Positions 41,551 to 48,152 of a stretch of DNA of 48,152 bases are shown one piece after another. The stretch's first letter is position 1, and each line of letters starts with the position of its first letter. The notes beneath the pieces are model-generated. The model had not been told where the DNA came from, searched no databases, and saw only the letters and a program-made list of their open reading frames with translations. The position numbers and the translations under genes are program-made. Origin of the DNA: an uncultured Selenomonadales bacterium. Lineage in GTDB: Bacteria > Bacillota > Negativicutes > Selenomonadales > Selenomonadaceae. The stretch covers positions 1-48,152 of the forward strand of contig CAMVJN010000001.1 of NCBI GenBank assembly GCA_947167825.1. The letters are read 5' to 3'.

Positions 41551-42146
41551 ACAAACCTCGCTGCAATAAATGTGTTCAGCTCCGGCGTTTTTACGTTTTG
41601 CTCGTTTTCAGCATCAGCCGCCGCATACAGGAAAAGCCGTTCATATTCGTTCGTCGCCATTTGTACGATCTGCGCGTTTCCGGTCAGCTTGAACGCGATA
41701 CTCGACGCCAGCTTCCAGGACAAAGCCTCGCAGAATTGCTCGTCAAACATTTCAGCGTCTTTGATATCCGCCGTGTACTCAGCAATCACTCGCGGCTCGT
41801 TGGTATAGATGATCATACCGCCTGCGTCGCTGACAATCTGATAGCTGACAAACTCCGGCAGCGGCCTCAAATGACCGTCCGGCAAAACAGAGTAAATCTT
41901 CCGCAAATAGCAACAGTCCGCAGGATATCTATAAGCATATAGATAATCTTGCGGACTGTCTACCATTGCGGCAAGCTCCACTCTCCGCGTCGCCCACGGC
42001 CACGGATAACGGCGAAGGACAACGCGCCGGTCATGCTCAAAAAACTGGTTGCATCTCCGCGCCGCCTCCGACGCTTCTGACAGTGCCTCTATGGGGCTTT
42101 CGCCTATGCGGCTCAATGCCATGTTGCAAATTCCGATCTTATCCAT
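41547..42146 (-). CDS. Head-tail adaptor / tail tubular protein A-like protein.
   Basis: The start is MDKIGICNMALSRIGESPIEALSEASEAARRC at 42146, and the call also rests on gene order. Confidence 0.45.
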   Translation of the reverse strand: MDKIGICNMALSRIGESPIEALSEASEAARRCNQFFEHDRRVVLRRYPWPWATRRVELAAMVDSPQDYLYAYRYPADCCYLRKIYSVLPDGHLRPLPEFVSYQIVSDAGGMIIYTNEPRVIAEYTADIKDAEMFDEQFCEALSWKLASSIAFKLTGNAQIVQMATNEYERLFLYAAADAENEQNVKTPELNTFIAARFV

Positions 42147-42366
42147 TGTTTTTTGCCTTTGCTTTCGCCATGCGGGACTTCTTCGGCTCGTCCTTTTTCG
42201 GCTTTTCGGTATCTTCCTTCGGCTTCTCGACAGGCTTTTGGGCCGGCTTGTCAATCAGCTCGAAATGATCAGGAAGCGTGACGGCCGAAGGAAACTCGAC
42301 CGTCTCTCCCTTCTTGTAATAGCGATTGTCGAAAAAGCACGTCACCTTGACAACGTACCGCATCAC
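42139..42366 (-). CDS. Hypothetical protein with a Lys/Pro/Glu-rich tail.
   Basis: It is 75 aa long and coupled to both neighbours. Confidence 0.5.
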   Translation of the reverse strand: MMRYVVKVTCFFDNRYYKKGETVEFPSAVTLPDHFELIDKPAQKPVEKPKEDTEKPKKDEPKKSRMAKAKAKNNG

Positions 42367-42752
42367 ATATCAACCTTGATACCGTTCTGCATAGCCGCAA
42401 AAAGCTCGCCGCCTACGGGGGAAGTGGCTGCTGCTTTGAGGCGGATATAACGGTTGCTCGGCTTAATCGGCGCGTGAAACTGCGCCAGCGTGCAAGGCTT
42501 CGTCGTCTGCGGCGCACTTGCCGGAACGGTGATCGTCACCTCGTTTACCGGGGCCGCAAACGTATCGGTCGCCGCCGACTGAAGCGTAAAGCTGTCAATG
42601 CTTCCGCTCGTCAGCTTCTTCGTCAGCTTTGCGTCGATATACAGCGGGGACAAAAAGCCGCCTTTGGAGCCGAGGTCTACAATCGGCCCCGTGATGGCGG
42701 TTCCAAGCTCCGCCGTGTTGATGAGGGTATTTTCTGCGTCAATGTATGCCAT
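42363..42752 (-). CDS. Possible capsid decoration/cement protein.
   Basis: This beta-rich 129-aa ORF lies directly after the major capsid gene. Confidence 0.4.
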   Translation of the reverse strand: MAYIDAENTLINTAELGTAITGPIVDLGSKGGFLSPLYIDAKLTKKLTSGSIDSFTLQSAATDTFAAPVNEVTITVPASAPQTTKPCTLAQFHAPIKPSNRYIRLKAAATSPVGGELFAAMQNGIKVDM

Positions 42753-42773
42753 TTCCTTTTACCTCCAATCTTT

Positions 42774-43781
42774 TTACACAAGCTGCGATTCCGTGTTGAG
42801 GATTGCGTCGCAGCGCAGGACAGGAACGCCCCAGAAGTGGGTAATCTTCTTCCCGCCGTACTCGTCAATCGTCAGGCGCACGTTGGATTTCTTCGACGCG
42901 ATAATGTCAAGATACGTCTGCACCTTGCGATTCGCGAAGATTGCCAGCTTCACCTTGTCCGGGTTCTCGATCTGATTGTACGCCTTGATCATGTTTTCGA
43001 TGAAGGCGTCGGCGTCGTTGGTCGTAAGCGCCGTAGTGTCGATATTCGCCACGCGGACGACATAGCGCGGGTCACGAACGGCAAGACCCATATCCCAGTT
43101 GTACTGCGATTCGTAGCCGTAGAACTCGCCGCCGTCTGCGTCGTACATCTTCACGCGGCCATTGTCACGATATTTGAATCCTGCGCTCGTCCCTTTCGGG
43201 AAAATGCCATACACGGTGTCGTAGCCAAGACCGACAAGCCACAGAGAAGTAAGTGCGTTGCCCGTGCCGCCTGCGTCGATAATCTGGTCTGCCCAAATGG
43301 GCTCCTGATCTTGCTTGCTGTAGTAGTAAGCAGAGAGCCCGGTGAACTTCGCGGGCGTGGCTTTCTCGTCGCCGTAAAAGAACGTCGCCGCCATTTCCTG
43401 ATTCATTGCTTCCTGCTGCGCCACGTTCTCGGACAAGCGCCAGTTGTTGTCGTTGCCGTTGATTTGCAACAGCTTTTCGTCAACCTTTGCCAGTGCCTCC
43501 ATACCGCCACAAGTAAAAGATACCTGCTTGCTCTTCGATTTCGTCGGCTTTACGCCTCGGTTGATAAGACGCCAAGCGACCTGCGGAAGCTCCGCACGCA
43601 TAAGCGCGACCTCCTGCGTCCCGTCGTTGCACTGCTTGAAGGGAAGAACGTCAAGGATACGATTTGTCTGCGCCTGCAGCTCGATGATCTTCTGATTGAC
43701 ATACTCGCCCTTCGCCCCGAATCTCGCCGCCCAGTCATGCAGGGTGACAAAATCCACTCCAATTGCTGCCATGTTTACCAC
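42774..43781 (-). CDS. Major capsid protein.
   Basis: It is 335 aa long and follows the scaffold gene. Its sequence pattern (PQVAWRLINRGV, FYGD, DPRYVVRVANI) is typical of podovirus-type HK97-fold capsids. Confidence 0.75.
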   Translation of the reverse strand: MVNMAAIGVDFVTLHDWAARFGAKGEYVNQKIIELQAQTNRILDVLPFKQCNDGTQEVALMRAELPQVAWRLINRGVKPTKSKSKQVSFTCGGMEALAKVDEKLLQINGNDNNWRLSENVAQQEAMNQEMAATFFYGDEKATPAKFTGLSAYYYSKQDQEPIWADQIIDAGGTGNALTSLWLVGLGYDTVYGIFPKGTSAGFKYRDNGRVKMYDADGGEFYGYESQYNWDMGLAVRDPRYVVRVANIDTTALTTNDADAFIENMIKAYNQIENPDKVKLAIFANRKVQTYLDIIASKKSNVRLTIDEYGGKKITHFWGVPVLRCDAILNTESQLV

Positions 43782-43800
43782 TGTCCTTTCTCTGACTTAA

Positions 43801-44409
43801 TTAGTATTTGCTATTCTGAAACAACAAATCTGCGGCGCTCTTGGCCTGCGGCGCGGGCTTGCTGTCAGGAGCCGTATCTTCTTTGAGATACCCGCCGATA
43901 GTTTGCAGGAATCTCTGAAACTCCGGGGCATACGCGATACCGCTTTCAATCAGCATAGGCATCAGCCGCCCCGTGTCGTCGAATGTATCGACCGCCAATT
44001 TTGCGGCGGTCAGTTTGTCAGGCGAGGAAAGCCCTTCCTTGTGGCAGGCCTCCACCCATCTGTTTTTCTGCTGCTCCGCCTGACGCATGGTGTCCATCAT
44101 AATGTTGGAATGGAGCTGAACAAGCTTATCTGCCTGCTCCTGCGTCAAGCCGATTCCTTTGGCAATCTCGGAAAATTGCCCCTCGATCTCCGGCGTCATG
44201 GTCAGACCTTCCGGCAAATGAAACTCATACTTTTCAGGGATTGCTGGGGCTTCCTCGTTTGTCGCTTTTGAAGCGACATTTTCATGTGTTGCACCCTCCG
44301 GCGCGGGCGGAAAATTGAACGGATTTTCCGCTGCGGGAGCTGCAGCCTCCGTGACCGGCCCTGCCGTTTGTGTCGTTTCCACTGCCGCCGTAGTGCCTTC
44401 TTCTGCCAT
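43801..44409 (-). CDS. Scaffolding protein.
   Basis: It has an acidic/Ala-Pro-rich N-terminus and a helical C-terminus, and it lies between the portal module and the capsid gene. Confidence 0.6.
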   Translation of the reverse strand: MAEEGTTAAVETTQTAGPVTEAAAPAAENPFNFPPAPEGATHENVASKATNEEAPAIPEKYEFHLPEGLTMTPEIEGQFSEIAKGIGLTQEQADKLVQLHSNIMMDTMRQAEQQKNRWVEACHKEGLSSPDKLTAAKLAVDTFDDTGRLMPMLIESGIAYAPEFQRFLQTIGGYLKEDTAPDSKPAPQAKSAADLLFQNSKY

Positions 44410-44672
44410 TATTCTTCCTCCTGTTCTTGTCTTTTCTTATGCTCTCGGAGCATCTTATATTCCAGCGCGAGGCCGTCAGTCCCGACCGCCTCCACGCCGC
44501 GAATCATGCGAAGAATATCCTCTCCCACGGAGCGCCGCCCCAAAGAGTAGAAGTCCGTCGCAAAATTCCCTGTGCCGCCCAACGCGCCAGCCCCGCAAAG
44601 GTCAAGCAGTTCAGCGACGAATTGCCGCCCATTCTCTGTGGACATTTGCCAAGCCAGATTATCAGCGTCCAT
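44409..44672 (-). CDS. Small head-module protein (Bbp19-like, tentative).
   Basis: This 87-aa ORF lies between the portal and scaffold genes. Confidence 0.4.
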   Translation of the reverse strand: MDADNLAWQMSTENGRQFVAELLDLCGAGALGGTGNFATDFYSLGRRSVGEDILRMIRGVEAVGTDGLALEYKMLREHKKRQEQEEE

Positions 44673-46370
44673 TTACATTCCCCCCATGATGGAACCAATC
44701 GACCGCTCGTCGGGATTGATCTCGGACATAAGCCGCGCAGCCTCAACGCCGTCTTTGAGCGGGCCGGCCATAGCCGCCGCATTTTCAAGCTGCTTCTGCT
44801 GTTGCTGTGCCGCCGCTCTGTCCTGCCGCATCTTTGCCACGTCGTCCTCGTCCCGGAGTACGCTTTCCGGCGTGCCGGTATATTGCGCGTGCTTTCTGAT
44901 CGTGGCGTCGAGGTCGAGGTTGTCCATGATATCCGGCGATATACCCGCAAGGTTTCCGGCCAAAGCAAGCGTCTTTTCCATTGCCGGAGCTGCCACAGCC
45001 TTCTGCGCCTGCGCCAAGAGGGAAATAAACTCCGCCTTGATTGTCCCCTCCTGCCCCTGCAATTCCTGCGGCATAGGCGGGAAAAGCCCATTGCGAAGGC
45101 AAATCTCAAACGCCCTCTTGGTCAGCGGAGCAAGTACCTCGTTGTGCATTTGCTCCAACACGGGCGAAAGCATAAGCAGTTTTTCCTCGTGCCTTTCCGC
45201 AACTTCCCGCGCCGTCATTTCCGGCGTGTCATTGTTTGCCAGCATCACAAACAAATCATTGAAAAAAGCAGCCCCGATTTGAGACTGCTTAAACTGTATC
45301 GTTTGTAAGACTTCCTCGCGGCTCCCCGTCGCCTCAAACAAAGGCCGGATTCCCGCCCCGATTGTCGGGTCAGGGACAAGCGTCATTTTGCCCGGCAAGC
45401 GGTTGACTTTCCCAACGGAAGCGGGGACGATCATCGGCGGATTCGCCCGGTTCTCCAATAGCTGCATATTGACTGTTTCCAGCTTTTGAAGCTGCATGCA
45501 GTTCCCGAGGGCATTATGTCCCGGCCCCGTCCCGTATATCCCGTTTGCTATCGTCGTCCAGCGCGGCATCAGGAATGGACATTCATTGAAGCCGGATATC
45601 TTCAGAAACTTCTCCTGCGCCGTGCTCTCGAAGTAGTACGACCGCCACGGGAAATTACCAACGCCGAAAGCGTCCGGGTCATAGTTCGGGTTGCGCTCGA
45701 TAAGCATTTGAATCTCAAAGTCTGACTTCTCGTCATTTTGGTTGTAGGCCGTCTTGACCGCCTCGGAAACAACGTCAAGGCCAAACTCCTCGACCATTTG
45801 CCACGCCTTTAGGCGCATCTTTCGCGCCAGCTTTGCCATCCGCCCCCGCGCGTCCACGTCTCCGGCGTATTCTCCGCAAGTGTACGGCCTGCACCATATC
45901 GCCGTCCCGAGGTCTTCCAACATCAGCGCCCCCGCCGTGCCGAATTGCGAAAGCTCCGCCTCGATCTGCAGCAGGGTATTGTATACGTTTGACTTTGCAT
46001 AAATATCCATCAGGATTTCTTTGCAATCATCTAACCATAGTTTGACAGTATGATATGAGGCCAGCTCTTGGTCAGCCAGCCCCAACTCAAACCACGGCCT
46101 TGAGGGGGAAGTCAGGCCGCTATGCAACCCCGCCGCACATTTGCCGTGCGCCTCCATGGGGTACGGGTCAAGAAGAAAATAATCTCGCCGTTTGCCCTCG
46201 CTTGTGCGGTTGTCCTCGTCAAAACGTCCCCGGGCAGGATTGATGTACCGGGAAAGCTGTCGCCAGGTGTGCTCCTGCTGCTGTCTCTCCTCGTACATCT
46301 GCGCCACAATGCGCCGTTTCTTTTTGAGTAAATCCGCGTCAGCGAGAACGGCCTGCAAAAGCCCGTCCAT
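44673..46370 (-). CDS. Portal (head-to-tail connector, T7 gp8-like family).
   Basis: It is 565 aa long, and WRQLSRYINPARGRF...LLDPYPMEAHGKCAAGLHSGLTSPSRPWFEL is typical of podovirus connectors. Confidence 0.85.
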   Translation of the reverse strand: MDGLLQAVLADADLLKKKRRIVAQMYEERQQQEHTWRQLSRYINPARGRFDEDNRTSEGKRRDYFLLDPYPMEAHGKCAAGLHSGLTSPSRPWFELGLADQELASYHTVKLWLDDCKEILMDIYAKSNVYNTLLQIEAELSQFGTAGALMLEDLGTAIWCRPYTCGEYAGDVDARGRMAKLARKMRLKAWQMVEEFGLDVVSEAVKTAYNQNDEKSDFEIQMLIERNPNYDPDAFGVGNFPWRSYYFESTAQEKFLKISGFNECPFLMPRWTTIANGIYGTGPGHNALGNCMQLQKLETVNMQLLENRANPPMIVPASVGKVNRLPGKMTLVPDPTIGAGIRPLFEATGSREEVLQTIQFKQSQIGAAFFNDLFVMLANNDTPEMTAREVAERHEEKLLMLSPVLEQMHNEVLAPLTKRAFEICLRNGLFPPMPQELQGQEGTIKAEFISLLAQAQKAVAAPAMEKTLALAGNLAGISPDIMDNLDLDATIRKHAQYTGTPESVLRDEDDVAKMRQDRAAAQQQQKQLENAAAMAGPLKDGVEAARLMSEINPDERSIGSIMGGM

Positions 46371-46372
46371 GG

Positions 46373-46657
46373 TTACTCACCGAGCAGACGTTTTGCAATC
46401 GACGCGGCCGCGCTGGAGACGTTCGACGAAGAAAGGGCGCCGCCCATCCCTGCCCCGGTGTTCGTGCTTCGACGCCCGCGGGCCTGTGCAAGCCTCTTCC
46501 GGGTTTCCTGCCGCTCGGTGTCCGTTGCGCTCTCGACCTGGACCGCCGACGACGACGGAGCCGCTGCTTGGTAGACAGGCTTCTCGACCTCGACCGTTCG
46601 GACTTCTCCGCCGCCACCACCACCGAAGCCAAAAAGCTGTAAATCAAAATCATACAT
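46373..46657 (-). CDS. Small conserved packaging-module protein, paralog of 150..413.
   Basis: It has the DFDLQLFGFGGGGGG N-terminus. Confidence 0.5.
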   Translation of the reverse strand: MYDFDLQLFGFGGGGGGEVRTVEVEKPVYQAAAPSSSAVQVESATDTERQETRKRLAQARGRRSTNTGAGMGGALSSSNVSSAAASIAKRLLGE

Positions 46658-46663
46658 AAAATA

Positions 46664-47074
46664 TCATCCCTTCCTTCCGATCGCCTTTCGGATATTCCCA
46701 CGAATGCGCTCACTATACCCTTCGCTTTCCGGGTCCCCGTAAGAACCCGCCGCATGCCTCGTACTGACAGCACCACCAAGTTTTGACGCCTCCACCCTTG
46801 CGGCAGCGTCCACGTCGTCAAAATACATTTTTTCCTTGTCGGCTTTTAATTTATTGTATTCTTCATCCGTATATAAACTTTCCCCGCTCTCCTCGTCCCA
46901 CCGAGTAGGCGGTTTATACTTTGTTGGCTGTCTCGTTGCGTGTGCCGTTTCCAACACTTTATTTGCTGTTTTTTTGTACTGATCAAATGATAACGGGCCG
47001 CTTTTATTTGTCTTGGAAAATGCGTCGTAATACTTTCGCACTGTTTCGTCGTTATATCCATAATACCAGCCCAT
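46664..47074 (-). CDS. Hypothetical protein present only in prophage B.
   Basis: This 136-aa ORF has no counterpart between terL and the small ORF in prophage A. Confidence 0.55.
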   Translation of the reverse strand: MGWYYGYNDETVRKYYDAFSKTNKSGPLSFDQYKKTANKVLETAHATRQPTKYKPPTRWDEESGESLYTDEEYNKLKADKEKMYFDDVDAAARVEASKLGGAVSTRHAAGSYGDPESEGYSERIRGNIRKAIGRKG

Positions 47075-48152
47075 TAATATTCCTCCCTTATATAATCTGC
47101 CAGTGGGTCATATTGTTCTTCGTTCTCGTCCCGGTATGCGTCCCACTTGGACGGTATATGTATCGGCATGGCAAACGTCAAAGCTAGACTGTCAGCCAGG
47201 TCAGGCGACTTGCCAATCTTTTCCTTGATCTTCGCCTTCGGTTCCAGGATGATTTTGCCGTTGCGGGCAAACGAATACTCAACGACGGAAAGCTCGCTCT
47301 TGAGCGTCGGCTCGTTCGGCAGCGCCCCGCCGCCCTCAAGCCACGCACGAACCTTAAAATACATCTCCGCCCGTAGGTTGGCGTATTTCTCCGTATGCTG
47401 CGGAGAGCCGGCAAAATTGACCTCCGTCACGTTGTAATGGAGCTGCCGCGCCCGGTCAATGACCGCCGCCCCCATGGCTCCAACGTCAACGAACACGGCG
47501 TCGGGCTTGTATGTGTTGATTGCATTTATCAAAACGTCCGTCGCCTGCATCGTGTCGAGCCCTCGGTATACGGCGGGCTTGTAGCAGTGTAGCCCCTTAC
47601 GGACAGTCAGCACAGTGGAATCGTCGCCGAATCTTGCAATATCCATACCTATTATAATAGGCGCCCCGGCTACGTCGGCCTCGGTCAGCTCTCTCTTGAC
47701 TGCCTCCGATACCAAGTCAATCGGTATCACCACGTCAGACGCCGACGCGCTGAAATCGCAATATAGCTCCTGCCGGATTGCCATAGGCGTCATGTCACGC
47801 TCCATGTCCTGCAATTCGTCTGGCGGTATGATGCCCGTCTCGTCAACGCGGTACAGGCATGAGAACCACGAGCTATCCGTCAAAGCTCTCTGGTACATAT
47901 CAAAGAACTGGTTTTGTCCCTTGGGGGTCCCGATGAACACAGCCCAGCCTTCGCGGTCAGACAACGCAGGGCGAAGAACCTCGTCCCATAGCTCTTTTTT
48001 AATCTGCGCGTACTCGTCAAGGATTGCCCCATCCCAGTATCCGCCGCGCAGGGCGTCGGGGTGATCGGCGCCGATGATGTATATTCTCGCGCCGCTCCTT
48101 GGTGGATATGCGCTTGGCAATTCTATATACAATTCGCTTTCATTCACGCGCC
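47074..48152 (-). CDS. terL: Terminase large subunit, with its 5' end truncated by the window edge.
   Basis: It is colinear with residues of about 90-437 of the 428..1741 product, and the reading frame is open to the window end. Confidence 0.9.
   Translation of the reverse strand, partial: RVNESELYIELPSAYPPRSGARIYIIGADHPDALRGGYWDGAILDEYAQIKKELWDEVLRPALSDREGWAVFIGTPKGQNQFFDMYQRALTDSSWFSCLYRVDETGIIPPDELQDMERDMTPMAIRQELYCDFSASASDVVIPIDLVSEAVKRELTEADVAGAPIIIGMDIARFGDDSTVLTVRKGLHCYKPAVYRGLDTMQATDVLINAINTYKPDAVFVDVGAMGAAVIDRARQLHYNVTEVNFAGSPQHTEKYANLRAEMYFKVRAWLEGGGALPNEPTLKSELSVVEYSFARNGKIILEPKAKIKEKIGKSPDLADSLALTFAMPIHIPSKWDAYRDENEEQYDPLADYIREEY

Larger units (their letters stand above)
19680..48152 (-). 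mobile_element. Prophage B, packaging-to-lysis arm plus a terminal accessory cluster. It continues right of the window.
   Basis: The order is terL, portal, scaffold, capsid, tail, internal virion proteins, fibre and lysis genes, all co-oriented. The arm has no lysogeny module of its own in the window. Confidence 0.7.

Overview
The window is prophage DNA with almost all genes on the minus strand, strong GGAGG-type ribosome-binding sites and gene families typical of Clostridia-like Firmicutes (the host call is inference). It appears to span the junction of two related temperate phages integrated head-to-tail. Prophage A (about 19.5 kb down to 1) reads integrase, cI-like repressor, cro-like regulator, a split C5 DNA methyltransferase and an HNH endonuclease. 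It continues with a recombination and replication module (YqaJ exonuclease, RecT, radical SAM protein, SSB, initiator with internal iterons, RusA), a late activator, a plus-strand accessory island, then terS, terL and the portal start. Prophage B (48152 down to about 19.7 kb) reads terL, T7-type portal, scaffold, capsid, tail tubular-like proteins and three large internal virion proteins, one a 2262-aa polyvalent-like giant. It ends with a tail fibre, a lysis cassette and a terminator-bounded accessory cluster next to an attP-like junction. No tape measure, sheath, tRNA, CRISPR array or reverse transcriptase was seen, so the morphogenesis module looks podovirus-like. The items most worth follow-up are listed here. 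(1) The methyltransferase is split over two frames with a G10 tract inside a 527-nt overlap. (2) Two G-poor intergenic arrays consist of GCC-based pentamer-like repeats. (3) An accessory cluster of Gly/Cys-rich proteins lies beside the att junction. (4) A J-domain/DUF2786 island is driven by a consensus promoter with repeated 17-mers. (5) A 27-bp perfect inverted repeat lies upstream of terS. (6) An uncharacterised radical SAM gene sits between recT and ssb. All family assignments come from motif recognition by eye, not from searches.
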